From: Octopus sinensis
Taxonomy: Eukaryota
Direction of reading: 5' to 3'
NCBI RefSeq assembly: GCF_006345805.1
Contig: NC_042999.1
Location: forward strand, 37,324,001 to 37,388,000
DNA length: 64,000 nt
Both the position numbers and the translations under genes were made by a program. Shown in pieces: positions 40,256 to 52,870 of this stretch (positions within the stretch are counted from its first letter, which is position 1; each line of letters begins with the position of its first letter). A model generated the notes under the pieces. That model did not search any database, had not been told where the DNA came from, and saw only the letters and a list, made by a program, of their open reading frames with translations.

Positions 40256-41210
40256 TACGAGGAAGTACCCAAAAGTAACCGGAAATGTTCTCCGTGGGAC
40301 GAACCTGTTGTAGTTCAGGCTTACGCCACTAGAAGCCACTTGAGGCGATCCTCAGGCATCAGTATGACGACCAGCGTCGTCCACCGAAGTAGTTTTGCAG
40401 TGCTTCTCTCCCGTTCGTCGATTTTTGCGATGGCTGAAACGAAAGAACAGCGTGCTTTTGTGAAATTCTGTTTTCTGCTGGGGAAAACGGCGGCAGAAAC
40501 AGTTGTCATGCTTCAAACAGATTACAAGGACGCTCGCTGCGATGAGCAAAACGCAAGTTTACGAGTGGCTTATCACGCTTTAGAAATGGTCACCTGTTGT
40601 CTGAAGACCAACTGAACGAATGAAAACATTGCAAAAATTCTTGGAGGACCGTCGCTAAACAATTGTTTCTTTTTACTACCCACAAGGGACTAAACACAGA
40701 GGGGACAAACAAGGACAGACAAACGGATTAAGTCGATTACATCGATCCCAGTGCGTAACTGGTACTTAATTTATCGACCCCGAAAGGATGAAAGGCAAAG
40801 TCGACCTCGACGGAATTTGAACTCAGAACGTAACGGCAGACGAAATACGGCTACGCATTTCGCCCGGCGTGCTAACGTTTCTGCCAGCTCGCCGCTAAAC
40901 AATTGACGAACTTGTTGATATGACTGGTGTGTCCTGGAGCTCCTGCCAACGAATTTTGATCGAGGAATTGCGAATGAAAAGAGTTTGTTCCACCGAATGA
41001 AAAGCGTCTTTAAAGGAAAACGTTTTGTGGAAGTGGAAGTGGTGAAGAAAAAACCGACGGAGGCGTTGAAAAGCTTAATTTCTCAAGAGTTCCAGGACTG
41101 CTTCGAGCAGTGGAAAACGCACCTGGACCAATGCAATGCTTCAAATGGAGAATACATTGAAGGGAATAAAATATTGCAAAATTCCGGTTTCTTTTGGGTA
41201 CCACCTCATA
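40256..41210 (+). mobile_element. Deleted mariner element with TIRs, interrupted by a family-D SINE (~40670-40897)
   Basis: tacgaggaagtacccaaaagtaaccggaa / ttccggtttcttttgggtaccacctcata; EQRAFVKFCFLLGKTAAETVVML; FQDCFEQWKTHLDQC.ASNGEYIEG. Confidence 0.85.
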
Positions 41211-41235
41211 ATACATACATACATACATACATACA

Positions 41236-41262
<27 letters not shown>

Positions 41263-41269
<7 letters not shown>

Positions 41270-41700
41270 AAATTAGAAAAAAACACCTTTTATCAATTTA
41301 AAATGAACAATTAAATTACACCATATAGAAAATTACATATAATAGAAATATTAAAATTAAAATTACAATAATATACCGATGATTAAGTAAATTGCATAAT
41401 AATAATAAAAACGTATATAATTGGTAGAATAACGACACGTGTTTCGTGGCTATATTTAAGAAAAGATTATAGTAAAACAATTAATAGTAGTAGTAAATAT
41501 ATTTCTTAAATATAGCCACGAAACACGTGTCGTTATTCTACCAAATATATACTTTTTATTATTATTTTGCAATTTACTTAATCATCGGTATATCATTGTT
41601 ATTTTAATTTTAATATTTCTATTATATGTAATTTTCTGGATGGTGTAATTTAATTGTCCATTTTGAATTGATAAAAGGTGTTTTTTTCTAATTTATATAT
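41263..41700. repeat. Large imperfect hairpin, ~200-bp arms and 38-nt spacer
   Basis: Arms 41263-41463 and 41502-41700 are reverse complements with scattered transitions. Confidence 0.9.
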
Positions 41701-42416
41701 ATATATTATATCTTGTGAAATTTGATTTGGTATTTCTAAATTGAGTTTTTCCCTGTAAGTTAGGAATAATATTCTCTGAAATGATTATATATATATATAT
41801 ATAATCTTTTATCTTTTACTTGTTTCTGTCGCCGGACTGCGGCCGTGCCGGGCACCGCCTCGATAACTTTAATCAAAAGTAATCTATCCCTGTACTTATT
41901 TTTTTAAAGCCTGTTACTTCATCTGTAGTTTCTTTTGTCGAACCACTAAGTTACAGAGAGGTAAACGCGCGCGCGCGCGCACACACACCACACACACACA
42001 CACACACGCACACATATATATAGATATAAGAGAAGGAAATAGATATAATAACAATAGGAAACTCGTGGTTTACGCTGGTATGTCTTTAATTAAATAGGTA
42101 ACAAAGAAAGAAGCAGAGATGAGGGTAGCATGTACGATCGTTTCGATCAGGTACTGGACAACGTTTCTGGATTATTTTTCCGTTTTTTTTTTACTTAATT
42201 TTTGAGAGCAGTCGGGTTCATTTTTAGTATTCTCGTTTGTGAGAGCAGTCGAGTTTATTTCAGATATTTTCATTTTAAAAATCATCTCTGGCTAATCGTT
42301 GAGAGGTCGTCGGCGTTGTGAATACCGTTTTTGTTTAACTGTTATTTATTGAATTGTTGAATTGTTGTTAACTGTTGAACTTGTTGTTACCGTGTTTTTA
42401 ATTTTCTTCCCCATTT

Positions 42417-43760
42417 ATGGATGAAGTTGTGAATAATATGGAAAGTACACCAGTGCAAACGGGCAGTTATGCTGCAGTGACTGACAAAAGCCTGTCAGCG
42501 GAGGTACTGCAGGTTACAGAAATTAAATTACAGGAGAAAGACTTAAAAAAATACAATGGTTTATTGAGAAAGGAGGGAGATAGCCTGAAGTTGATGTCCC
42601 CCCCAAAGAAGTAACAGATAAAACGGAGAAGGTAACAATTGTGAACAGAACATAAAAAATTGCAACAAAAAAGGTGGAAATAACAGGCGGTTGAGGAGTG
42701 CCTCAAAGAGGAAGGAAATACGGCACATTGGAGGCACGCTTCGTGAATGAAGCAGAAGCGAGAAAATACTCCATTGTGCCTTTGAAATCAGCGGAGTGGG
42801 CATTACTACCGAATTACTGTTGCAAACGTGTGGCCAGAGTAAGAATAGGTAGAGTGCCCCCAGAAATTGATGAGACATGGCTGGTGGCAGCCATCCTATT
42901 CAACACAGGGGAGGACACTGAGATAATAAAAATATCAGGTGAGCTGTTGGGGGTATGGACTAGAGGTATTGGTCCATATAAGCTTGCCAGACCGCCACAA
43001 GATTGTGGAAGAACTGATACTGCCAGACGAAGCAAGGTTGAGAATAGTGGTGGAAGGAAGACCGCCTGTATGTTTTCTTTGTGGAGTAAGAGAACACACG
43101 AAAGCCAAGTGTCCCCAGAAACACGAAGAGGAGGAGACAGGGAAGGAATATCTGGAAGAAGGGTTCAACCATGGAGGAGGAGAAAATGGAGGAGCAATAT
43201 ACAGTGGTAAAAAGAAACAAGACAGACTCACCACCAGAAAGTCAGAGGAAGAAAAGAAAGGCAAGTGGAGAGGAGAAGTAGAGTGAAAAACAAGAAAATA
43301 CGAATGAGAAGAGAAAAAAATTAAAAGATAACAAAAGTAAGTGAGAAGCGAACGCAGAGACCATCAACCAGTAAGGAGGAAAGAATACTGAAGAGGGAGG
43401 TAAATGAAAGAGAGATGATAGCAGCACAGAATGAGAGACAGACAGAGACAGAAATACCAGTGGCAGAAGAGGAGATTGGTAAGGAGAGAAGGAGAGTAAC
43501 ACCCAAAAGGAAAAACATAAGAAAAATGGTGCAATACCCAAAAAGTGTAGAGATGGAGAGGAGAATTGCCAAGAAGAAGAACGTTATCAGAGTGAAATTA
43601 GCGGTCAAAGAGTATAACGAAGGTTTTAAAGCTGTTTTGTTGGAAAAAGAAAGAGGAGAGAAACTGAAGGAGTTGTTTGGCGAAAGAATAGAGTTGACAG
43701 GAACACACATTGGCTACAACGAATTGCCGCCGGTGGTGGTCTTCGAAGAGCTAACAGAGT
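42417..43760 (+). mobile_element. Frameshifted ORF1/gag-like zinc-knuckle element (L1/Tx1-like ORF1), no RT found
   Basis: VRIGRVPPEIDETWL...RLRIVVEGRPPVCFLCGVREHTKAKC (CX2CX4HX4C), then E/K/R-rich tail. Confidence 0.65.
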
Positions 43761-44149
43761 CTCTTTATATATAAAAGAAAGGTGTGTGTCTGTCTACTCC
43801 GATTTAGATTCCTAACTACTCCCACCTTTGCGGTGCAGTTAACCAAAACCAGGTATCTTATAGTCGTGTTCATATCAAGCCCTTCTGGGTATTAGCGCGC
43901 GTCTACGATGAGGTCTACGATTTTTTTAAAATAATTTATCATCATTTTTTTCACATTTTAATGCATATTTTTTTAAATATAGGGAAGTAACTCTCTAAAA
44001 TGTCTACGATGAGTCAACGATTTAAAAAAAAATTACCATAATTTTTTTTCCATTTTAATGAATGTTTTGCTATTTTTTGGCTATAACTCTTAAAATGCTT
44101 TATAGTTATTTCCCTTACAAACCCGAGCAACGCCGGGCGATACTGCTAG
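43760..44149 (+). mobile_element. Short non-autonomous Helitron
   Basis: 5' tctctttatatataaaag; 3' cccgagcaacgccggg hairpin + CTAG|T. Confidence 0.75.
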
Positions 44150-44404
44150 TATGTTATAAACCAACAGATACAAGACCGATACGAACTGTTCATTTAAAAA
44201 CAGTAAAATGGAACTCTCTGCGTAGGTAAGCCATTTCATTCTCATTTTCATTATATCCATAATGCATTCGATATGTGTTTCTTTGTCTGTTTTTGTGTTG
44301 TCCCTTCTCTATTGAGGCCTTGTGCCTAATTAAAGAAATAAGAACGTTGGTGTTGTCTTGGCGAAGGTTTGCGCTCCCTGAGTGCTCTCCTTTATACATG
44401 TTTA

Positions 44405-44841
44405 CTAGCAGCGAAGCCCGGTTTCACCCGGTCGGTTTGGATGATGTGGCTGTAAAATTTGCTTTGTGTAAGCATTCGACTTGTTTGGGCATGATTACGT
44501 TAAAAAACAATTCTTTTGCCAAAACGCTAAAAATAACTGACCAACAAAAAAAAACAGCCAAGATTCAACCAAATCCAAAAATAAACCCAAATACTAAGCA
44601 AACAAAGATGAACCATCCTACTTCCATTGCGCGCGCACACGCACACACATGCACGCATTCACATACCCTGATTACATACACACACATATATTCACATAGA
44701 GTTGAAACGCTGTTTGATTTATTTTTTCAGCGTACAATTTTCATCATCCCACTACCAAGTATGACATCACCCTTTCCTTCCTTATTCATCTATCACCCCT
44801 TCCTTTCTCCTTCATAAACACAAGAGTATTATTATAGTAGA
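44405..44841 (-). mobile_element. Short non-autonomous Helitron
   Basis: Minus strand A|TCTACTATAATAAT ... ccgggtgaaaccggg hairpin + CTAG|T. Confidence 0.75.
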
Positions 44842-45357
44842 TTATCTCGGTAACCATGGAAGCTATGAAAAGACACAAATCCCAGCATCACCACCGGATC
44901 ATTCTACACGTCTGTGCAATTTTTCAGGCAATTCCACCGAATCGTTCGACCGTGAATCACAAGACAAGAAAGAATCTCCCATATCAAATTTCCATGTATA
45001 GATTAAGCTGTGAAACAGTTGTTGTGAAATAAGAATATCCAATGGTAAAATAAAAGTTAACAATTATTTTACCATTGGATACTCACTTTATTTATAATTT
45101 TATTCACTCCTTATGTTTTTTTTGTGTCGCACGATATATTCTATGTGCTTTGTAGAATGATTAAGGAGTTTTTTTGGCACTGTCATGCCTTTGGGTGTCA
45201 GAAGTGAAAGTAGAGAAATCTGACGTCAGACGTCAACTTCGTGTATTTACGTCGTCTTTCGTTTATTTACGCCGTTTATTTACGTACCACTGAAATGCAA
45301 GTAAAAGCTTGTATGTATGTATGTATGTATGTATGTATATATATATATATACATACA

Positions 45358-46102
45358 TACTTAAAATAAATTATAACCATTTGTTTTGTTTTGTCTTGTT
45401 TCTTTTTTTTTTGTTTTTTTAGAAAAAAGCACAACAAAGAATGCACGAAAGAGAGGACAGCAGATGAGGGGGTGTAAGAGAGACAGAAGTAACAGCAAGG
45501 GAGAATAAAGTATTTGGAGTATCAAAGAAGACGAGGGATTTGAATTGACATTAAAGCACCAGAAAGAAAGAGAAGAGGAACATGTGAAATAAAAGAAGTG
45601 TTGCCAGTATTAGAGTGACAAAATAGAGAGGAAGAAAAGACAATGAAGCGAGATGAAAGAAACAGAAAATATGGGCCGGTGAAAGAGAGGGTAGGAGGAA
45701 ATTAGAGATTTTTAGCAGTGGAATGGTGAGTAAAAGAGAGGAGTGAAATAAAAGAAAATACGATAAAGGAGATATATTTCTTTACTGCCCACAGGGGCTA
45801 AACACAGAGGGGACAAACAAGGACAGACAAACGGATTAAGTCGATTACATCGACCCCAGTGCGTAACTGTACTTATTTAATCGACCCCAAAGGATGAAAG
45901 GCAAAGTCGACCTCAGCGGAATTTGAACTCGGAACGTAACGACAGACGAAATACGGCTACGCATTTCGCCCGGCGTACTAACGTTTCTTATTTCTTTACT
46001 ACCCACAAGGGGCTAAACACAGAGAAGACAAACAAGGACAGACAAACGGATTAAGTCGATTATATCGACCCCAGTGCATAACTGGTACTTAATTTATCGA
46101 CC
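45358..46102 (+). repeat. Inverted duplication, copy 1 (partner 52543-53297)
   Basis: ~410 bp unique purine-rich DNA plus SINE-D dimer; differs from partner mainly by 1-bp indels. Confidence 0.9.
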
Positions 46103-46962
46103 AGGACAGCAAAAGGGGCAGATATAAAAAAAACAAAAAACAATAATGGAATACAGAAACATGAAATACAGAAGCATTAACGGTAGCCTCGGCTACTTCA
46201 GTGTTACTTTAGCCGCTTTGAATCCAACGTTCGTTTCAGCTAATGGAGATAATTCGATCGCATCACTCGTTGACAATGGCGGTGTCAGTGGTAGGCTCTC
46301 AACAGCCTTGCGCTGGCTCGCAAAATAGAATTCTATTGTAAGCCCGGTCATACGCATTTTCATTTCACGTTTGTGAATGACCAGAGAAATAGTATACTAT
46401 TATTGTTTTGTATAATGTAATATCAAATGACATCCAAACAAATAGGATCAACTGTACAATCTCTATTCCATCAGCGAGATAAGATACTTAACGATGAATC
46501 GTTTCTATTGAAGAGAGATTATCAGTGGAACAGTTCATTCAGTACAGAGTAGTTTTGTTGTATATATTTACGTGTATACGTATGTATGTATGAACGCATG
46601 TGTATGTGTTTGTGCGTGCGTGCGCGCGCTCCTATGTATGCATACGTACAAAAATACACGCAAATCAACACCCACATAATTTAGTTAGTTGTGTTTGTGG
46701 ATATATAATACACACACTCGTACTTACATACATACATACATACATACATTACATATATACATACATATACATACATGCGTGTGTGTGTTCGCGCATGCAA
46801 TGTAATTATGCATACATACATACATACATACATACATACATACATACATACATACATACATACATACTCTGCTCGTGATCAGAGATGCACATATCGTCAG
46901 CCACTAAGGGACATGCTCAACTGGTTAAGGTCAAACAACTGGCAAGCAATTATTATTATTAA

Positions 46963-47002
<40 letters not shown>

Positions 47003-50000
47003 GTTCAGTAGTTTTATTTTTATAGCGTGCTTTCACTTCACTACCGAGCGCAGCTCTGTGTGCCTTGGGTATGTGCTGTGATTTGTTGTGATGATCTGAT
47101 GGTTATTGTATGGAAAGTGTTCTGCGTAGGATGTGTGCAGTGCCTAGTAGTGCAATTTTCTGTATGTTATATGTGTTTGTAAGTCCTGGTGTTTTTGTTA
47201 TGTATTTGTCTGAATATTTTTTTATCATGCACCTACTATGATAGGAATTGTTTCTGTTTTCAGATTCCACATTCTAGTTACCTCTATTTCCAGGTCTTTG
47301 TATTTTGAAATTTTCTCCATTTCTTTTAGAGAAACGTTGTCATCTGCCGGTATTGATACATCAATTAGAAAGCATTTTTTTTCTTCATGATCTCTGACAA
47401 CTAAATTTGGTCTGTTGGCCTTAATTTCTCTATCTGTGTGTATCGGCATATCCCAGAGTATGGTTGCTTTCTCGTTTTCTGTGACCTTTTCTGGTGTGTG
47501 CCTATACCATCTTTTTTCTGTTGTTATTCCATAATGTTGGCATAGCTTCCAATGTATGTAGGTTCCAACTCTGTCATGTCTGTGAATATATTCCTTCTTA
47601 GCCAGGACTGGGCAGCTAGAGATAATATGATTTATTGTTTCTTGCCCATCTCCACATATTCTGCAGTTACTTGTAATATTTCTTTTCATTACATGTTTTT
47701 GGTAATTTCTGGTGGGGAGGCTTTGGTCTTGTGCTGCAATTAAAAATCCCTCTGTTTCTGCTTTGAGTCCTGAGCTTCTCAACCATTGCTGGGATTTTTC
47801 TTTGTCTATTTCTTTTGTGTTTAGTTTAATCCAGTATTTACCATGAAGGGGCTTTTCTTGCCATCGTTTTATCATGGTTCGTTGCTGTTCTATTTTTAGT
47901 TTGGATTTCATTTGTTTTATAGCTTTTGTTGTTTCTTCATCTTCTTCTTCTTCTTTTTCATATTTATTAGGTGGTATGATTTCTTGTTTGTATTTGTCAG
48001 CTTCCTTAAATACTGAGAACAGTTTTTTGTTTTGCTCGTGTTTTGCCGCTATTTGTATCAGTTTTCCTTCCTTCTGAAGTAGATATTTTTGCAGTCCTAT
48101 GGTGATTATTTTATAGTAGTTTTCCAGCTGTATAAGGCCTCTACGTTGTATATATAGTCTTTCTATGTCAGATTTTGGGTGATGCATCCTAGATCCTGTC
48201 ATTATTTTTCTTGTTTTCCTATCTATTTTGGTCAGTTCATTTCGTGTCCAGTTAAGGATATTGTAGCTGTAACTTATAACTGGGACAGCTAAAGTGTTAA
48301 TACCTATTATCTTGTGTTTAGCATTGAGCTCTGTTTTTAGTATTGATCTAACTCGTCTATAATATTCTTTTTTTATTTTCTCTTTCATTTGTGTGTGTTG
48401 TGTCTTATCTAGTTCATGGATTCCTAAGTATTCGTAAGTTTGGCTTTGATCTAATTCTTTTATTTCATTGGTTTTATCTAGTGTGATGTTGCTACTCTTA
48501 ACTAGTTTTCCTCTTTTCATGGTTACTTTGGCGCATTTTTCTAATCCAAATTTCATATCTATTTCTTTGGTAAATCCATGAACTGTCTTTAATAGTGTTT
48601 CCAGCTGTTTGTCATTTGCAGCGTATAGTTTTAGGTCATCCATATATAAAAGGTGGCTGATCGTTTTGCCGTAACATTTATATCCGCATCCAGTTCTATT
48701 TAGTATATCAGATAGAGGTGACAGTGCCAAGCAGAAAAGGAGTGGAGAGAGCGTGTCTCCCTGGAATATTCCTCTTCTAATGGGGATGTCTTTGGTTTTC
48801 ATGAGTCCCTCTTTTGTTTGGAGGTGTAGGGCTGTTTGCCATTTATTCATAGAGTGCTCTATGAATTTTATGATTGTTGGTGCTACTTTGTTAATGGCTA
48901 GTGTTTCGAGGATCCATGTGTGGAGGATGCTATCAAACGCCTTTTTGTAGTCAATCCAGGCCATACTGAGGCCTTTCTTCTTTCTGTGGCTGTCTTCAGT
49001 TATGGCTTTATTAATCATTAGTTGATCTTTACAGCCATATGAGCCTTTGCGGTATCCTTTCTGCTCTTCTGGGAACAGTTTGTTTTCGTCTAGGTGCTTG
49101 TTCAACCTTTGCGATATCACTGCAGTAAATGCCTTGAACATTGTAGGGAGGCAGGTTATTGGTCTGTAGTTTTCTGGTTTTGCTGTCTCATTTGATTTGG
49201 GAATTAAGATGGTTTTCCCCTTCGTGAGCCATTCAGGCATTGTCTCTGGCTCTGCTGGTATGTTGTTAAAGTTTTCAGCCAGCTTTTTGTGCATTCTTGT
49301 TAGATATTTCAACCAGAAGTTGGGGATCTTGTCATGCCCAGGTGCCTTCCAGTTGCTTAGTCTTTGCAGTGCCTGGGTGAATTCTTCAGTTGTTATGGGG
49401 GTCCAAAGTTGCTCAGATGCCGAGTTTGTTATTTTGATACTCCTTTTTTTTGGTTGATCGTTCGCCGACCATATTTCTCTCCAGAATTCTTCCACTTCTT
49501 CTGCCGTTGGTGCTGCAGTGACTTCTATTTTATTTTTGCCAAGTTCTTGGTAGAACTTTTTGGGGTTGGAGTTGAACTTTTTGTTTTGTTCAAAGAAGCG
49601 CTGGCGTTTCTCGTACCGGCGGATCCTTTGTGCTTTGGCAAGGATATCTTGCTTCAGCTTTTCTTTTATCTCAGGCAAATCTTTCTCTTTGATGTTATAT
49701 TTGCGGAGTATTTTTGTTTTCTTTTTGTTGCTCAGTAGCGTTGATTGTTTGCTGATTTCATTAAGAATCGACAGATCTTTTCTAATTTTTCGTATTTTGT
49801 TTTGGATGTTATTTATCCACAGGGTTTGTTTGGGTGGTGGTACTCCTGTTTGGACGAGTTTGATTGAGTATCCAGCTTCTTTTATGGCTGCAGTGGCTGC
49901 TGCGTATATTAAGTCATTTAGCTCAGTGATATCGCTTTTTGTTTCAGTGGCTATTAGTTCCGTGACGGCTAGGTTTATGTTGTTTATAATTGGTGTTGTT

Positions 50001-50968
50001 GTTTTGTCTATTTTGTTTCTTGGGAGGTATGGTCGGTGGTCCATTTTGAGCTCTGTGGTTTTCAGTTCTTTGATTATTTTACTTTTTATATTATCATAAT
50101 CATTAGGCTCCCCCTCGTTGTTTACATCGTGTTTGTCGGGAATGTTGCGTTTGTCTTCGTGTTTTACTGTTTCAGTGTTTATATTATTGGGCATTGTTGT
50201 GTGGCTTCTATCTACATTTTCCTGGTGTATTTTTTCTTTTAGATGTTCTATTTCTATTTCTGATATTTTTTTGTGTTGAGAATGTATCTTCGTACGTTAG
50301 CTAATTTATTAGGGTTCATTGCTGTATCCAAGTTTATATTTATGTTATTTTCCTTCCATATTTTATATGTATGTGTTGTGTTTTCATTTTTTGGGTAGAG
50401 CACTGCTGTGAAGTATGCGTGTAAGATAGAAATGTATTCCTCACGTGTCCATTTACGTCTTTTGGGTTTTATTTGCGGGATATGAGGTACAACGTCCGGC
50501 CCATTATTTTGACGGTCGTCATTTTCGTAGGGTACCAGTCCGTTCATTTCTGTTGTCACATTATTTCGCACGTGTAGTTTTTTCGTACATTTTTTGTTGT
50601 AAGTTTAAAGTACGTACCGCTCGATTGTTATTCTTGGGTTGAATAATATCGGTGGCATTTAATTTCTTCGTAGTTCCTTTGTAGATGGTGTTTGGGGTCG
50701 GGGATGATCGTGATGTTCCACGCATGTTTACATGTGTTGTGTTAGAGGTGGAGATGATATCGAGTCAAAATACATCATTTCGTTTCGAAAATAGTAATAA
50801 ATTTCAGTTAGTATTACTTACTCGGATACTGTCCAATCCTTTGTTAGTAAATCTTTGGCTCCATAGGATGTCCTTGTTTTCGATGTTTGTGGATAGATTT
50901 CGGAGCTCTGTATTTTCCTTCTTACATCTTAAACGTCCCCCGGTGTATTCTCTTAAACGTCCCCCGGT
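47003..50968 (-). mobile_element. Near full-length R4/Dong-type non-LTR retrotransposon inserted in (AAT)n
   Basis: Single RT + CCHC + restriction-like endonuclease ORF, 3' UTR ending in (AAT)n, ATT repeats at both ends, short tandem repeat at the 5' junction. Confidence 0.92.
47225..50194 (-). pseudogene. R4/Dong ORF (989 aa open segment); N-terminal part at 50254-50571, C-terminal tail to 47103 in other frames
   Basis: WKAPGHDKI, YRPITCL, AWIDYKKAFDS, GIFQGDTLSPLLF, HLLYMDDLKLY, CRICG...ETINHIISSC, RPNLVV...LIDVSIP...EKISKYKDL. Confidence 0.9.
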
Positions 50969-50969
50969 A

Positions 50970-51031
<62 letters not shown>

Positions 51032-51065
51032 GGGTCACTGCTTGGAATCGAACTCGGAATCTTTG

Positions 51066-51123
<58 letters not shown>

Positions 51124-51124
<1 letters not shown>

Positions 51125-51678
51125 GCCCTGATGCAGTACCAGACAGTGGCTCGCGTGGCTTCTGATCTTAACGGATTGGAGGTGTTATCATGTACATTGT
51201 TTTGTCTTGGTATAAAAGATGGGTTACAGCAAATATTCTGCTCAATACCACAAATTTGCTTGTCAGTTGTTTGACCTTAACCAGTTGACCATGTCCCTTA
51301 ATGGCTGACGATATGTGCATCTCTGATCATGAGCAGAAGTAGTGGGGGAGCATCATAGCTGTGTGTTGAAAGGAATTCTTAGAGGTTTGGATAATTCACC
51401 TTTGGAAACATGGGTGTTTTGTTCAACATCCTTAAACAACCCTTATTCAGGGACCTTTTGAGCGGGATGGGCTACTTGACCAGAAGAAAATTCTAACAGG
51501 GCCCCACCTGCAAGGTCATGCGCTGTTTATCTTGAAATGAGATCACCATGTCGCGCACATTTGGTTGTGATGCATGTGCCTGGTGTACTCTTATCAGATG
51601 GGTTGTCATGATGGGTATACTGGGCTTCGTATATTTTACCCCAGTGTCACTTTGATGGCATGCACTGCTCTCTCACTC
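51124..51678 (+). mobile_element. ~550-bp non-coding element flanked by (AAT)n
   Basis: Same family as 22271-22800; AAT arrays on both sides. Confidence 0.85.
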
Positions 51679-51735
<57 letters not shown>

Positions 51736-51784
51736 CATCGAAAATGCCTTAGGAATAAGAACCCAAGTTCGAAATTTCCTTAAG

Positions 51785-51828
51785 ACACCTGATGAAAGCT
51801 GGAGGGTATATCAGCCGAAACGTTGTGT
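51785..51828 (+). ncRNA. Minimal hammerhead fold in a PLE-type terminal repeat
   Basis: ACAC-CTGATGA-aaGCTG(gagggtatat)CAGCc-GAAA-CGTT-GTGT; GUU triplet, AACGTT palindrome. Confidence 0.6.
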
Positions 51829-52289
51829 TAACAACAAACAAGATGAGGACAAATATCCGTCAAATGTAAATAATGTAAATAATGTACATAATTTCTCATC
51901 TCTTAAATATAGAACTGTACCTAAAGTTATATTTGAATCAAATTGTACTTGGGCATAACAATTTCAATTTTTAAAAAAGTGTTCCAGACTTTTGGCCACG
52001 ACTGTATATCTTTATTGCTTAATTGCAGTGCTCAAGACCCTTTTACATGGTCCCTGAGACTGGTGAAAGGGAGAAGAGTATCCTGAAACAGAAAGTTGTG
52101 TAACTGGCCCTATGAGTCCCAGAGTCCCAAGACTTGAGATAGTATTTTCCAGGGATCTTACTACTATCGCTAACTTCTCTGCTGCTATCACAATAATTAA
52201 TCACTGATTTACCTTTTTTTTTTTGCTTATTCCTTACTTGCGCTAAACGTTTTGCTGCATCCATTTCTCTCTATCTCCTTTATCGTTAT

Positions 52290-52407
52290 GCTTACGGCCA
52301 TATCACGTTGTAAACACCGGTTCTAGTCTGATCACCGAAGTTAAGCAACGTCGAGCCTAGTTAGTACTTAGATGGGTGACCGCTTGGGAAACCTAGGTGC
52401 TGTAAGT
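52290..52407 (+). rRNA. Full-length 5S rRNA copy, probably a retroposed pseudogene
   Basis: GCTTACGGCCATATCACGTTG...GATCACCGAAGTTAAGCAACG...AGTACTTAGATGGGTGACCGCTTGGGAA...GGTGCTGTAAG; no oligo-T terminator; single isolated copy. Confidence 0.9.
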
Positions 52408-52424
52408 ATACTTCGTCAAGAAGG

Positions 52425-52870
52425 CGGCGAGCTGGCAGAAACGTTAGCAAGCCGGGCGAAATGCTTAGCGGTATGTCGTCTGTCGTTAAGTTCTGGGTTC
52501 AAATTCCGCCGAGGTCGACTTTGCCTTTCATCCTTTCGGGGTCGATAAATTAAGTACCAGTTATGCACTGGGGTCGATATAATCGACTTAATCCGTTTGT
52601 CTGTCCTTGTTTGTCTTCTCTGTGTTTAGCCCCTTGTGGGTAGTAAAGAAATAAGAAACGTTAGTACGCCGGGCGAAATGCGTAGCCGTATTTCGTCTGT
52701 CGTTACGTTCCGAGTTCAAATTCCGCTGAGGTCGACTTTGCCTTTCATCCTTTCGGGGTCGATTAAATAAGTACCAGTTACGCACTGGGGTCGATGTAAT
52801 CGACTTAATCCGTTTGTCTGTCCTTGTTTGTCCCCTCTGTGTTTAGCCCCTTGTGGGCAGTAAAGAAATA
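52425..52870 (+). mobile_element. Family-D SINE dimer directly downstream of the 5S copy
   Basis: Full head ggcggcgagctggcagaaacgttag; second unit starts agaaacgttag after tail agtaaagaaata. Confidence 0.9.

Noticed and set aside
46140-46330. 60-aa ORF or box C/D snoRNA-like motifs
   Set aside because: Imperfect C box, no terminal stem, no recognisable guide or protein motif
50036-51165. Plus-strand ORFs overlapping the Dong element
   Set aside because: Antisense shadows of the retrotransposon or microsatellite tails
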